DNA of 63,907 bases, the filler included, from an uncultured bacterium (GTDB taxonomy: Bacteria > CAYJRR01): NCBI GenBank assembly GCA_964372275.1. It is 3 parts of 3 records of this genome, joined end to end, with 100 filler letters (N's around TTAATTAATTAA, not from the genome) between each part and the next. Parts side by side here need not be neighbours in the genome. Positions count along the whole stretch, not along the records: positions 1 to 22,689 come from CAYJRR010000075.1; 2 more parts are not named here. One strand, given 5' to 3'. Position 1 is the stretch's first letter, and each line of letters starts with the position of its first letter. The translations under genes were made by a program, and so were the position numbers. The notes under the pieces were generated by a model. The model had not been told where the DNA came from. It did no database searches and was given only the letters and a program-made list of their open reading frames with translations. Below, piece by piece: positions 1-10,448 of this stretch.

Positions 1-1
1 C

Positions 2-1192
2 CGGATCGACGATCTTCCCGCGACCCATCCCATCGTGACCACCGCCGGGAAGCACCGCCTCGCGGTCGTCTCGCCGGGCCGACGGGAGGTCGTTCGCAAG
101 ATCGAACCGTCGGCCGACCAGACGATCACCGTCGGGCTTCCGGTGCGGTTCGGCGACGACCTCGACGCGCGTCTGAACCGGATCGCGTGGGCGGCGGCGC
201 CCGAACGATCGGATCTGCGGGCCCTGGTCCGGGACCTCGAGGAGCTCCGTTGCGATTGGGCCGCGGTGATCGCCCACCGGCGCACCACCACCGTCGAGGC
301 GCGGGTGTCGTTGATCCGCCTGGCCAACCGCCAATCGTTCGCGATGGAGGCGGCCGGACGCGAGGGCCTGGCGACGCTCGTGTCGTGGACGGCGACCACG
401 CTGCGAGAGGAGTCGGCGCGCGGTCCACGTGCGCCGGGACCGACGCCCCCACGCGATCTCCTCGTCGAGGCGCGCGCGGGGTTCGCGTGGTCCGAACGTC
501 GGCGGACGATCACCGACACCGCTCCAGAGGGGGAAGGCCGCGAATGGGCCATCGCGCTCGGAGGAATCGGACCGGCGATCGCGGCCGAGGTGAGAGTCGG
601 ATCACTCCTGGCCGCCGCCGACGGCGAGGCACGGAGCTACGACCTCTCGCTCCTCGAGGTCACGACCCCCGCCGGGGGGGCGGCCCGCGTGGGAGGCGGC
701 ACGACGCTGGCGGGTCGGGCGGGCGCCGGGTATGTGCGGAGCATGGGTCCGATCGACCTCCGCGCGCTCGTCGGGCTGTCTTGGGAGCGCCACGCCGCGC
801 GCGACCTCTCGATCGAAGGGGACCTCGGACTGCTCCCGTCGCACCGGCGGACGGCGGTGGAAGCGGTCCTCTCCGGTCGCCTGGAGCGCGAATCGGGGGC
901 GCTTCCGCTCCGGTTCGACGCCGCGCTGCGGATCACTCCGTGGAGCGTCTGGACCGAGGAGCCGGCCGGGACGACCGGCACGACGCCTCGCCCCGGCCCT
1001 TCGTTCGGCTGGACGCTCGGGGTCGAGAGCCGGAGACGCGTGGGCTGGAACGCGTCGCTCGCGTTCACGGGGGAGCGTCACGAGATTCGTTTTCACGGCA
1101 CCGGATCGGCGCGCCTCGTCCCGCCCCCGCAGGATGCGCGGCTGGTCGAGTGGCGACACGCGCTCGTCTTGAGCGCCGGCCGCGACTTCTGA
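2..1192 (+). CDS. Hypothetical protein, 5'-partial; PEGA-like N-terminal part and beta-barrel-like C-terminus
   Basis: Frame is open from window start; 'TTAGKHRLAVVSPGR' is PEGA-like; alternating strands ending in terminal Phe (AGRDF). Confidence 0.5.
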   Translation, partial: RIDDLPATHPIVTTAGKHRLAVVSPGRREVVRKIEPSADQTITVGLPVRFGDDLDARLNRIAWAAAPERSDLRALVRDLEELRCDWAAVIAHRRTTTVEARVSLIRLANRQSFAMEAAGREGLATLVSWTATTLREESARGPRAPGPTPPRDLLVEARAGFAWSERRRTITDTAPEGEGREWAIALGGIGPAIAAEVRVGSLLAAADGEARSYDLSLLEVTTPAGGAARVGGGTTLAGRAGAGYVRSMGPIDLRALVGLSWERHAARDLSIEGDLGLLPSHRRTAVEAVLSGRLERESGALPLRFDAALRITPWSVWTEEPAGTTGTTPRPGPSFGWTLGVESRRRVGWNASLAFTGERHEIRFHGTGSARLVPPPQDARLVEWRHALVLSAGRDF

Positions 1193-1242
1193 TCCGCGGC
1201 GAGCGACGGTGCAACCCGTCGGCCGTCACAAGCGCCCCGACG

Positions 1243-3459
1243 TCACTCCACCGTCACCGACTTCGCCTTGACGTCGACCTGGACCTGGAGGTCGGCGCCG
1301 GCGGCGACCTCGATCTGCTTCTCGAGGACCGCCTTCGACGAGGGGTGGACGAACCGCAGCTTGTGCTTCCCGGGCGTGAGCTCGTGGTTGCGGAGCGGCG
1401 TTTCCGGCGCGACGAGCTTGCCGTCGATCCAGACCTCGACCCACGGCTTGGCCTTCACCGAGATCCGCGTCGGGCCGCCCGCCTTGGGGGACGCCGAGGC
1501 CGCCTTCGGCGCCGGAGCCGCGGCCGTCGCATCGGAGCCGGCCTTTGCCTTCTTGGTGAAGTCGACCTCCACCACCGGCGCCACCGGTTTCTTGGTGAAG
1601 TCGACTTCGACGACGCTCGCCACCGGCGAGGCCACCGCTGCGGGCGTTGCCTCGGCCGTCACCGCGGCCGACTTCGCGGCCGGGGTAGGCGATCCTTTCG
1701 GAGCCGCGGTCGTAGTCGGCTTCGCCTTCGACGCCGGGGTGGGCGCCGCCTTCGCCTGACTCCGTTCCTTCGCCAGCTGCGCCGCCTTCGCCAGCATCTT
1801 CTCCTGGGCCTGCAGCGTCTCCTTCGCGAGCGCCGACTCGATCGCCGCCGCATCCGGAGGTGGACTGTTCGCGGCGGACGCGGCCGGAGCGACGACTACG
1901 TCCGCGGGCTTCGCCGCCGGCGGCGCGGCGACCGCCGAATGCGCGGGTGGAGGGCTTGCGGCGACCGTCTTCGCCCCGGCGGCGGCCGTCGCTCCCGGCT
2001 GGGTATCCGGGGCCCGCCCCGAGCGCGCCACGAACCAGGTCGTCACCACCGCGATCAGCACCACCGCGGCCGTCGCCGCCGGACCGATCCACCGCGGGCG
2101 CGGCGACTTCATCGCGAGCACCCGCGAATAGGACTGGATCGCCTCGGGGGGGAGGCTCGACCAATTCGGCGGCACGTGCTCCTCGATCGCCACTGCCGGT
2201 GAAGACGGCGCCGGCCGCGAGAGCGTCAGCGTCCTCGGCGGCGACTCGGCGGTGGTCGTCTGCGTCGCCTCTTCGGTGGCGCCCCCGGCGGTCGCCGCCC
2301 GCGGGACCTCGCCGGTCGCCGCTCCCGGAGCCATCGTCCACCGCGAAACGTCGTCGAGCCACGCCGGACGGACCGTCGACGTCGACTCCTCCTCGGGCGG
2401 CGGACCCGGGGAGTGGGCGGTCGAGGTCGGCGGCGCGGCGGGGGAGCCCAGGTTCGGCGCCGGCGGAAGGTCGGACTTGGAGTAGTCGAGTGTTCGCGAT
2501 TCGATCGACGACTCCTTCGACGGCTCGTTGACGTCGAGCGAGCGCTCGCTTTCGAAGAGCCATTGCACCAGCCACGCCAGCGCCTGCCGCCCTTGCACCA
2601 CCCCTTCCGGCCCGAGCACGCCGCCCAGCGCCATCTCCAACTCCAGCGCCGTCTGGTAGCGATCGGTCCCCTTCGACTGCAACAGCCGCCGCAGGACCGA
2701 TTCCAACTCGGCCGGACTGCCCGCGAGCTCCTCCGGGCTCAACGCATGGAAGCCGGATATGCGCGCCGCGATCTCGGCCGCCGTCGACCCCTGGAACAAT
2801 CGCTTCCCCGTCGTCAGCTCGTAGAGGACGAGCCCCAGGGAGAACAGGTCGCTCCGCGCGTCGAGCGGGCGCCCCGCCGCCTGCTCCGGGCTCATGTAGA
2901 CGAGCTTCCCCTTGATGTGACCGACCGCTGTCTTCGACGCGAGCTCGGTGCGCTTGGCGATCCCGAAATCGGTCAGCTTCACCTCGCCGTTGAACGAGAC
3001 CAGGATGTTGTGCGGCGAGACGTCGCGGTGCACCAGCGTCACCGCCTTCCCGTCGATCTCGGTTCGCGAGTGCGCGTAGCCGAGCGCCTTTGCCGCCTCG
3101 AGGGCGACGTAGAGGATGACGACGGTCGGCATCTGCTCGCGCTTGTCGCGCATCCGCTGGAACAGCGCGCTCAGGTTGGTCCCGGGGACGTACTCCATCG
3201 CGATGAAGTACTCGCGCTCCCCGGCCTGCCCGAAATCGAACACCTGCACGATGTTGGGGTGGTAGAGCGAGGCGACCAGCTTCGCCTCCTCGATGAACAT
3301 CGAGACGAACTCCTGGTCGTCGCTGAGCTCGGGCAGGACCTTCTTGATCGCCAGCGTCTTCTGGAAACCGGCCGGCCCTTGGGCCTTGGCCTTCCAGATC
3401 TCGGCCATCCCCCCCACCCCGACGCGGCGCACCAGCGTGTAGCGGCCGAAGGTGGTCAT
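1243..3459 (-). CDS. Membrane Ser/Thr protein kinase with Pro/Ala linker and C-terminal PEGA-like domain
   Basis: GVGGMAEIW, AIKK, HRDVSPHN, DFG, YMSPEQ motifs; TM segment AAVVLIAVVTTWFV; KPWVEVWIDG...LTPGKHKL. Confidence 0.92.
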   Translation of the reverse strand: MTTFGRYTLVRRVGVGGMAEIWKAKAQGPAGFQKTLAIKKVLPELSDDQEFVSMFIEEAKLVASLYHPNIVQVFDFGQAGEREYFIAMEYVPGTNLSALFQRMRDKREQMPTVVILYVALEAAKALGYAHSRTEIDGKAVTLVHRDVSPHNILVSFNGEVKLTDFGIAKRTELASKTAVGHIKGKLVYMSPEQAAGRPLDARSDLFSLGLVLYELTTGKRLFQGSTAAEIAARISGFHALSPEELAGSPAELESVLRRLLQSKGTDRYQTALELEMALGGVLGPEGVVQGRQALAWLVQWLFESERSLDVNEPSKESSIESRTLDYSKSDLPPAPNLGSPAAPPTSTAHSPGPPPEEESTSTVRPAWLDDVSRWTMAPGAATGEVPRAATAGGATEEATQTTTAESPPRTLTLSRPAPSSPAVAIEEHVPPNWSSLPPEAIQSYSRVLAMKSPRPRWIGPAATAAVVLIAVVTTWFVARSGRAPDTQPGATAAAGAKTVAASPPPAHSAVAAPPAAKPADVVVAPAASAANSPPPDAAAIESALAKETLQAQEKMLAKAAQLAKERSQAKAAPTPASKAKPTTTAAPKGSPTPAAKSAAVTAEATPAAVASPVASVVEVDFTKKPVAPVVEVDFTKKAKAGSDATAAAPAPKAASASPKAGGPTRISVKAKPWVEVWIDGKLVAPETPLRNHELTPGKHKLRFVHPSSKAVLEKQIEVAAGADLQVQVDVKAKSVTVE
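1549..1614 (-). repeat. 39-bp-period intragenic duplication (VVEVDFTKK x2) in kinase extracellular linker
   Basis: TTCTTGGTGAAGTCGAC occurs twice 39 bp apart. Confidence 0.8.
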
Positions 3460-3562
3460 GCGAAATTCAAGTGTACAACAACGCGCCGCCCGGCCGCATT
3501 TCCGACCGGTGTTGGGCAGGTTGTTGCCCACCGCCTTCCCCCCGTGTTACCTCCCCAGGCGC

Positions 3563-4408
3563 ATGCGCGAGCTGCACGTTTCGCGGATCACCGAGACGGT
3601 CGCCGAACTCTGCCAGCGGGCGTGCACCGACCTGCCGGAGGACGTCGTCGCCAACCTGGCGAAGGCGTTGGGAAAGGAGCGGTCGGAAGTCGGGCGCGAA
3701 ACGCTGCGCGACATCGAGTCGAACCTCCGGATCGCGAAGGACGAATCGGTCCCCCTCTGCCAGGACACCGGCTTCACCGTCGTCGTCCTCGACCTCGGTC
3801 AGGAGGTCCACCTGGTCGGCGGCGATCTCTCGGCGGCGGTGAACGACGGCGTGCGCAAGGGGTACAAGGAAGGGTTCCTGCGCACCTCGATCCTCCAGGA
3901 CCCGATCCGCCGCGACAAGAACACCGGTGACAACACACCGGCGGTGATCCACACCCACCTGGTTCCCGGCGACAAGGTGGCGATCTCGGTGCTTCCGAAG
4001 GGGGGCGGCTCCGAGAACAAGTCGGCGCTCAAGATGCTCACCCCCGCCGACGGGCTGGCCGGCGTGAAGCGGTTCGTGATCGACACCGTGTCGAAGGCCG
4101 GTCCGTCGGCCTGCCCGCCGCTCACCGTCGGCGTCGGGATCGGCGGCACCTTCGACCACGTGGCCTGGCTGGCGAAGAAGGCGATCTTCCGCCGGAGCGG
4201 CGAGCCGTCGCCCGATCCCTACTACGCGGCGCTCGAGCGCGAGCTGCTCGACGAGATCAACCGGCTCGGGATCGGTCCGATGGGCCTGGGCGGCTCGACC
4301 TCGGCGATCGCCGTCCACGTCGAAGCCCATCCCTGCCACATCGCCAGCCTCCCGGTGGCGGTCAACATCCAGTGCCACTCGGCGCGGCACAAAGAGGCGA
4401 TCCTGTGA
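3563..4408 (+). CDS. Fe-S hydro-lyase alpha subunit (split class I fumarate hydratase / tartrate dehydratase family)
   Basis: PLCQDTG, NTGDNTPA, KGGGSEN, ACPP, PCHIASLPVAVNIQCH; precedes sucCD so fumarase likely. Confidence 0.92.
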   Translation: MRELHVSRITETVAELCQRACTDLPEDVVANLAKALGKERSEVGRETLRDIESNLRIAKDESVPLCQDTGFTVVVLDLGQEVHLVGGDLSAAVNDGVRKGYKEGFLRTSILQDPIRRDKNTGDNTPAVIHTHLVPGDKVAISVLPKGGGSENKSALKMLTPADGLAGVKRFVIDTVSKAGPSACPPLTVGVGIGGTFDHVAWLAKKAIFRRSGEPSPDPYYAALERELLDEINRLGIGPMGLGGSTSAIAVHVEAHPCHIASLPVAVNIQCHSARHKEAIL

Positions 4409-5013
4409 GCGCGCCGGCCGGCCCGATCCGGCTCTCCGCGCCGCTCACCGACGAGGCGCTGTTGCCGCTGCGGGCGGGGGACAAGGTCCTCTTCGACGGC
4501 GTGATCTTCACCGCGCGCGATGCCGCCCACAAGAAGATGGTCGAGACGCTCGACCGCGGCGAGAGGCTCCCCGTCGACCTCGCCGGGCAGGTCCTCTACT
4601 ACGTCGGACCGTCGGCGGCGAAACCGGGGATGCCGATCGGCAGCGCCGGCCCGACGACCGGCGGACGGATGGACCTCTGGTCGCCGCGGCTGATCGATCC
4701 CGCCGTCGGGGTGAAGGCGATGATCGGAAAGGGGGGGCGCGGCGCGAAGGTGGTCGAGGCGCTGGTCAAGCACCGCGCGATCTACCTCGCCTCGACCGGC
4801 GGCGCCGGCGCGCTGCTCGCGCGGCGCATCGTCGAAAGCGAGGTCGTCGCCTATCCGGAGCTCGGTCCGGAGGCGATCCGGCGCCTGGTGGTGAAGGAGT
4901 TCCCGTGCGTGGTGGTCAACGACACGACGGGGCGCGACCTCTACGCCGAGAACCTGGCGAAGTACCGGGACCCGTCCCTCGGGCCCCCGCCGCCGCCGCA
5001 GACCGGAGAGTAA
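4405..5013 (+). CDS. Fe-S hydro-lyase beta subunit (split fumarate hydratase)
   Basis: TARDAAH, GSAGPTT, MIGKG, ELGPEAI; GTGA overlap with alpha subunit. Confidence 0.92.
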   Translation: MSAPAGPIRLSAPLTDEALLPLRAGDKVLFDGVIFTARDAAHKKMVETLDRGERLPVDLAGQVLYYVGPSAAKPGMPIGSAGPTTGGRMDLWSPRLIDPAVGVKAMIGKGGRGAKVVEALVKHRAIYLASTGGAGALLARRIVESEVVAYPELGPEAIRRLVVKEFPCVVVNDTTGRDLYAENLAKYRDPSLGPPPPPQTGE

Positions 5014-5046
5014 CGTGACCACCACCAGGACCAGGAGCCAGACGAC

Positions 5047-6267
5047 GTGAAGATCCACGAGTACCAGGCGAAGGAGATCCTGCGGACGTTCGGGGTGCCG
5101 ACGCTCGCCGGAAAGGCCGCGACGACGGCGGAGGAGGCGGAGGCCGCGGCGCGCGAGCTGGGGACGCCGGTGGTCGTCGTCAAGTCGCAGATCCACGCCG
5201 GCGGTCGCGGCAAGGGGCGCTTCAAGGAGCATCCCGATCTCGGCGGCGTGAAGGTGGTGAAGAGTCCGGCCGAGGCGAAGGCGATCGCCGCGAAGATGCT
5301 GGGGTCGACGCTCGTCACCGTCCAGACCGGCGAGAAGGGGCAGAAGGTGCGCCGGATCTTCGTCGAGGCCGGCTGCGACATCGCCCGCGAGCTGTACCTC
5401 GGGATGACGCTCGACCGCGCCACCTCGCGCGTGACGATCATGGCCTCGGCAGAGGGGGGGGTGGAGATCGAGGAGGTGGCGGCCAAGCACCCGGAGAAGA
5501 TCCACAAGGCGGCGGTCGATCCGGCGGTCGGCTTCCAACCCTACCAGGGGCGGAAGCTCGCCTTCGGGCTCGGACTCGACAAGGAGACCGGGGGCAGGTT
5601 CGCGAAGTTCTGCGCCTCGCTCTACCGCGCCTACGTCGAGACCGACGCCTCGCTGGCCGAGATCAACCCGCTGGTGATCACCCGGCAGGGCGACGTGGTG
5701 GCGCTCGACGCCAAGTGGAACCTCGACGACAACGCGCTGTTCCGCCACAAGGAGCTCGAGGGGTACCGCGATCCCGACGAGGAGACGCCGGCGGAGCAGA
5801 CGGCGCACGACCTGGGGATCAACTACATCCAGCTCGACGGGAACGTCGGCTGCATGGTGAACGGCGCGGGGCTGGCGATGGCGACGATGGACGTCATCAA
5901 GATGACCGGCGGCTCTCCGGCCAACTTCCTCGACGTCGGCGGCGGCGCAAACGAGGAGCAGATCACGCAGTCGTTCAAGCTGATCGTCTCCGATCCCAAC
6001 GTGAAGGCGATCCTGATCAACATCTTCGGCGGGATCATGAAGTGCGACGTCGTCGCGTCGGGGGTGGTGGTGGCGGCGAAGAAGCTGGAGCTGAAGGTGC
6101 CGGTGGTGGTGCGCCTGGAAGGGACGAACGTGGAGCAGGGGAAGAAGATCCTCGCCGAGTCGGGGCTGAAGCTGACGCCGGCCGACGGGATCGGCGGCGC
6201 GGCGGCGGCGATCCGGAAGGTGCTGGCGGAGGGCGCCGAGGCGCGCGCCCAGGCGGGTGGGCGATGA
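5047..6267 (+). CDS. sucC: Succinyl-CoA synthetase beta subunit
   Basis: [41 protein letters not shown]. Confidence 0.98.
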   Translation: MKIHEYQAKEILRTFGVPTLAGKAATTAEEAEAAARELGTPVVVVKSQIHAGGRGKGRFKEHPDLGGVKVVKSPAEAKAIAAKMLGSTLVTVQTGEKGQKVRRIFVEAGCDIARELYLGMTLDRATSRVTIMASAEGGVEIEEVAAKHPEKIHKAAVDPAVGFQPYQGRKLAFGLGLDKETGGRFAKFCASLYRAYVETDASLAEINPLVITRQGDVVALDAKWNLDDNALFRHKELEGYRDPDEETPAEQTAHDLGINYIQLDGNVGCMVNGAGLAMATMDVIKMTGGSPANFLDVGGGANEEQITQSFKLIVSDPNVKAILINIFGGIMKCDVVASGVVVAAKKLELKVPVVVRLEGTNVEQGKKILAESGLKLTPADGIGGAAAAIRKVLAEGAEARAQAGGR

Positions 6268-7157
6268 GCGTGTGGATCGACAAGAACACGAAGCTGCTCG
6301 TCCAGGGGATCACCGGAAAGACCGGCGAGTTCCACACCCGCCAGTGCCTGACCTACGGGACGAACGTCGTCGCCGGCGTGACGCCCCACAAGGGGGGGGA
6401 CCGGTTCGACGACAAGGTCCCCATCTTCGATACCGTCGCCCAGGCGGTGAAGGCGACCGGCGCCAACGCCTCGGTGATCTTCGTGCCGCCGCCGTTCGCC
6501 GCCGACGCCATCCTGGAGGCGGTCGACGCCGGCGTGCCGCTCGTCGTGGCGATCACCGAGGGGATCCCGGTCGCCGACATGGTGAAGGTGAAGCGCTCCA
6601 TGGTCGGCACCGCGACGCGGCTGATCGGACCGAACTGCCCCGGCATCATCACCCCGGCCGAGTGCAAGATCGGGATCATGCCGGGCCACATCCACAAGCC
6701 GGGCGACATCGGCATCGTCTCCCGCTCCGGGACCCTCACCTACGAAGCGGTCCACCAGCTCACCGTCCTCGGGATCGGCCAGTCGACGGCGATCGGCATC
6801 GGCGGCGATCCGGTGAACGGCACCAACTTCATCGACTGCCTGCGCGCCTTCCAGGACGACCCGAAGACGGCGGGGATCATTCTGATCGGCGAGATCGGCG
6901 GGACGGCGGAGGAAGAGGCGGCGGCGTTCGTGAAGTCGTACGTGAAGAAGCCGGTCGTCGGCTTCATCGCCGGCAGCACCGCCCCGCCCGGCCGCCGCAT
7001 GGGCCACGCCGGCGCGATCATCGCCGGCGGCAAGGGGACCGCCGCCGAGAAGAAGGCGGCGCTGCGCGCCGCGGGGATCGAGGTGTCGGAGAGCCCGGCC
7101 GACCTGGGCGTGACGCTCGCGCGGCGGATGGGACGCCCGACCGAGCGCGTCGCCTGA
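6264..7157 (+). CDS. sucD: Succinyl-CoA synthetase alpha subunit
   Basis: [33 protein letters not shown] overlap with sucC. Confidence 0.98.
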   Translation: MSVWIDKNTKLLVQGITGKTGEFHTRQCLTYGTNVVAGVTPHKGGDRFDDKVPIFDTVAQAVKATGANASVIFVPPPFAADAILEAVDAGVPLVVAITEGIPVADMVKVKRSMVGTATRLIGPNCPGIITPAECKIGIMPGHIHKPGDIGIVSRSGTLTYEAVHQLTVLGIGQSTAIGIGGDPVNGTNFIDCLRAFQDDPKTAGIILIGEIGGTAEEEAAAFVKSYVKKPVVGFIAGSTAPPGRRMGHAGAIIAGGKGTAAEKKAALRAAGIEVSESPADLGVTLARRMGRPTERVA

Positions 7158-7161
7158 CGCC

Positions 7162-8250
7162 GTGACCTCATTCCCGGATCGGATGGGATCGATCGGTTCT
7201 CGTTTCGCCATCCGCGCCGCGATCCTGCTTCTGATGGCGATCCCCGGCTGCCGGCCGGCGAGGGGTCCGGCGGCGCCGTGCGCGGTCGACGGCGCGAGAC
7301 TCCCCCCCGCGCCTGTCTGGCCGTCGCCGCCGGACTGGGAGATCCGCTCCATCCCCAAGCCGATCAACGGCTGGATCGGGAGCATCGCCCTCTCCCCGGA
7401 CGGTACGGAGGCGGTCTATTCGAACGCTCCGGCCGGCGACTTCATCCCGACCGAAGACGGGGTGATGCTGATGCGGATCGACCTCGGTCCGGAAGCGAAC
7501 CCCTCGCTCGTCGAGCTCCCCGGGGACGCGCTTCGGAACTTCGCTTCGCTGTCGTGGACGGCGAACGGCGTCGCCTGGGCGCACTGGTCGGCGGTCGGCG
7601 TCGCCTGGCCGGCGAAGGGGTCGGTGCGGGTGCTGCGCACGATTCCGAAGCCGCCCGGCGAAGAGAAGCGGCCCACCTTTCCGCTCCACACCTCGGTCGC
7701 CTGGGCCCCGGGCGGCGACTGCCTCGCGGCGACGGTCGAACAGCCCGGCAACCGCACCGAGGCGTTCGCCTGGAAGACGGCGGGGGCGAAGACCGACTCG
7801 CACAGTCGCGAGATCGCCCCCTACGAGACGATCGCCGCCTGGCTGCCGGAGGGGCTGCTGCTGGTGCGCACCACCGGAGGCAGCCCCGCCACGGCGCGGA
7901 CCCTCAACCTGCCGTCGGGCGAGGAGCGCCCGGCGCACGCGCCCCCGCGCTCCGCGCAGGCGTTCACCTGGATCGGCGGCGGGTGGCTGGCGATCGACGA
8001 GGCGGGTGTCGTCCGCCACCATCCGGCGGCGATTGCGCCACCCGGCGCCGCGATCGCGTCCGCCGCCGCGCCGTCGGCGCCGATCGCCGCCGTCCCCCCG
8101 TCGCTCGTCGCCAAGCCGGGCGACAAGCACAAGTTCCTGCGCATCGCCGCCGCCGCCAACGGCCGGGCGCTCGCCGTCGAGGAGGCGGTGATCGCCAAGG
8201 GGAAGAACGAGCGGCACATGCACATCCTCACCGTCCGCGGCGGTGGTTGA
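7162..8250 (+). CDS. Hypothetical exported/lipoprotein with propeller-like (TolB/WD40-like) strands
   Basis: Hydrophobic stretch then IPGC; ALSPDG and AWAPGG motifs; start uncertain. Confidence 0.55.
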   Translation: MTSFPDRMGSIGSRFAIRAAILLLMAIPGCRPARGPAAPCAVDGARLPPAPVWPSPPDWEIRSIPKPINGWIGSIALSPDGTEAVYSNAPAGDFIPTEDGVMLMRIDLGPEANPSLVELPGDALRNFASLSWTANGVAWAHWSAVGVAWPAKGSVRVLRTIPKPPGEEKRPTFPLHTSVAWAPGGDCLAATVEQPGNRTEAFAWKTAGAKTDSHSREIAPYETIAAWLPEGLLLVRTTGGSPATARTLNLPSGEERPAHAPPRSAQAFTWIGGGWLAIDEAGVVRHHPAAIAPPGAAIASAAAPSAPIAAVPPSLVAKPGDKHKFLRIAAAANGRALAVEEAVIAKGKNERHMHILTVRGGG

Positions 8251-8304
8251 CCGTCCGGCCCGGGTTGGACTAGCGTCCGCCCCTTTCGACACCCGGAGAA
8301 TCCG

Positions 8305-8727
8305 ATGGAACGCACCCTTTCGATCGTCAAGCCCGACGCGGTGGCCAAGAACGCCATCGGCGAGATTCTGAGCCACCTGGAGAAGGAGGGCTTGCGGCCG
8401 ATCGCGATGAAGATGATCCACCTCTCCACCTCGCAGGCGGAGGGGTTCTACCACGTGCACCGGGAGAAGAAGTTCTTCGGCGATCTGGTGACCTTCATGA
8501 CCGAAGGGCCGGTGGTGGTGATGGCGCTCGAAGGTCAAAACGCGATCGAGCGCTACCGCAAGGTGATGGGGGCGACCGATCCGGCCAAGGCCGAGGCCGG
8601 CACGCTGCGCAAGCGCTTCGGGACGAACATCGAGCGCAACGCCTGCCACGGAAGCGACGGCCCCGACACCGCGCGCTTCGAGATCGGCTACTTCTTCTCC
8701 GGCCTCGAGCTCTTGCGCCGCGGTTGA
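8305..8727 (+). CDS. ndk: Nucleoside diphosphate kinase
   Basis: [22 protein letters not shown]. Confidence 0.98.
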   Translation: MERTLSIVKPDAVAKNAIGEILSHLEKEGLRPIAMKMIHLSTSQAEGFYHVHREKKFFGDLVTFMTEGPVVVMALEGQNAIERYRKVMGATDPAKAEAGTLRKRFGTNIERNACHGSDGPDTARFEIGYFFSGLELLRRG

Positions 8728-9278
8728 CCGCCGCGCCGCCGCTTCGAACGACCGGCGGAGCTCGCGCCACCCGGCGCCGATCGACGCGCGGCCTTCCGCG
8801 GCCGGTGGCGCGAGAGGACCACTTTCACCAGGTCGGTGGTCGAGATCCCTTCGACGAGCGGGATCAGTTCCACCCGCCCGCCGTAGCTCCGAACGAATTC
8901 GGAGCCGACGACCTCCTTGCCGGCGTAGTCGGCCCCCTTCGCCAGGACGTCGGGGCGCACGTCGCGGATCAGGCGCTCCGGGGTGTCCTCCGGAAACGGC
9001 GTGACGTACGCCACCGCCGCCAGCGACGCGAGGACCTCCGCCCGGTGCGCGACCGGCACCACCGGCCGCGTCGGCCCCTTGAGCCGCCGCGTCGAGTCGT
9101 CGTCGTTGACCCCCACCACCAGCACGTCGCCGAGCGCGGCCGCCCCCGCGAGCGATCGCACGTGCCCGGCGTGCAGCAGATCGAAGATGCCGTTGGTGAA
9201 AACGATCCGCCGTCCCGCCGCACGCTCCCTCTCGAGCGCGGCGCGCAGGTCCCACGGATCGGCGATCACCCGTCCCAT
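8688..9278 (-). CDS. rfaE2: D-glycero-beta-D-manno-heptose 1-phosphate adenylyltransferase
   Basis: [31 protein letters not shown]-terminal tail overlaps ndk. Confidence 0.9.
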   Translation of the reverse strand: MGRVIADPWDLRAALERERAAGRRIVFTNGIFDLLHAGHVRSLAGAAALGDVLVVGVNDDDSTRRLKGPTRPVVPVAHRAEVLASLAAVAYVTPFPEDTPERLIRDVRPDVLAKGADYAGKEVVGSEFVRSYGGRVELIPLVEGISTTDLVKVVLSRHRPRKAARRSAPGGASSAGRSKRRRGGQPRRKSSRPEKK

Positions 9279-9282
9279 CGAC

Positions 9283-10005
9283 TCATAGCCTACCGCGAAG
9301 CCAGCCCGCGACCTCGGCGGGCCGGTTGGTGATCAATCCCCGCACGCCGCGCGCCGCGAGCGTGCGCGCGGTCGGCTCGTCGTCGACCGTCCACACCACG
9401 ATGCGCCCCCACCCGCGCGCCACCTTGGCCGCCGTCTCGGAGAGGCGCACGTCGGGATGGAGGAAGTCGGCCGCGGCGTAGGCGGCCATCAGCCACAACG
9501 GGCGGCGCTGGCCGCCGCTTCGCAGAAAGGCGGTGCGCCACCGCCGGTCGCGGGCGCGCAGCCGGCGCAGGATGCGCGGGTCGAACGAGGAGACGACGAT
9601 CCCGTCCTCGCGTCCGTGGGCCTTGAGCACCCGGACGACCGGATCGACGAGCATCCTGGCGCCGCGTCCGTGCTTGATCTCCACGTTGACGATCCCGCGC
9701 CCGCGCGCGAGGTCGAGCGCCTCCGCCAGCGTCGGGATCCGCTCGCCGCGGAATCCCGCCCCGAACCATCCGCCCGCGTCGAGCCTCCGCAGGTCGGCGA
9801 GATCGCGGTCCCAGACGGCCCCCCGTCCGTCGGTGGTGCGGTCGAGGGTGTCGTCGTGGATCACCACCGGCACCCCGTCGCGCGAGAGCGTCACGTCGAG
9901 CTCGATCCCGTCGGCGCCGTCGCGGAACGCCCGCTCGAACGCGGCCCGCGTGTTCTCGGGCGCCACCGCCGACGCGCCGCGATGCCCGAGGATCAACGGC
10001 GGCAC
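9283..10005 (-). CDS. Glycerophosphodiester phosphodiesterase
   Basis: GHRGA, PENT, IELDV, HDDTLDRTT, NVEIK, SSFD, WTVD, LITN. Confidence 0.93.
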   Translation of the reverse strand: MPPLILGHRGASAVAPENTRAAFERAFRDGADGIELDVTLSRDGVPVVIHDDTLDRTTDGRGAVWDRDLADLRRLDAGGWFGAGFRGERIPTLAEALDLARGRGIVNVEIKHGRGARMLVDPVVRVLKAHGREDGIVVSSFDPRILRRLRARDRRWRTAFLRSGGQRRPLWLMAAYAAADFLHPDVRLSETAAKVARGWGRIVVWTVDDEPTARTLAARGVRGLITNRPAEVAGWLRGRL

Positions 10006-10047
10006 GCGGCCCCTCTCGCGATCGTCACGATGCCACGCGGAGGCACG

Positions 10048-10257
10048 TCACTCCTTCGGACGCTTGGCCTTGGTCGGAACCTCGTCGGGCGGCGCCTGGA
10101 CGTTCACCGCCGTCACACGGCGCTTTCCCAGCTTGGCGGACAGGACGGCGAACATCGTTTCGCAGTCGCGGCAGATCGCGGTCCCGGGCGAACCGTGGAC
10201 GTTCGTGTCGAGGTTCTGCTTGCCGCATCGAGGACAGAAGTTGAGGAACTGGTTCAT
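10048..10257 (-). CDS. Small zinc-ribbon protein (69 aa)
   Basis: MNQFLNFCPRCG...CRDCE, two CxxC pairs; GC3-rich codons. Confidence 0.6.
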   Translation of the reverse strand: MNQFLNFCPRCGKQNLDTNVHGSPGTAICRDCETMFAVLSAKLGKRRVTAVNVQAPPDEVPTKAKRPKE

Positions 10258-10448
10258 CGCGCTGTCCGGTCGGTCACGGTGAAGGAAGTCTACCCTGGGG
10301 ACGGCATGTCCCGGGGGGTGAACTCCCAACCCTCCGAGGCCCCCGGCACGGCGCCATCGACCCGAAAAATCGTTTCCGAATCCGACACCTTGGGAGCGAG
10401 GAGGGGACGCTGGTGCCGAGGTCCGGAACTTGCGACGCTTCGGGCCCG

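Noticed and set aside
8688-8727. 40-bp overlap of convergent ndk and rfaE2 ends
   Set aside because: Low-complexity tail from stop drift, common in high-GC genomes
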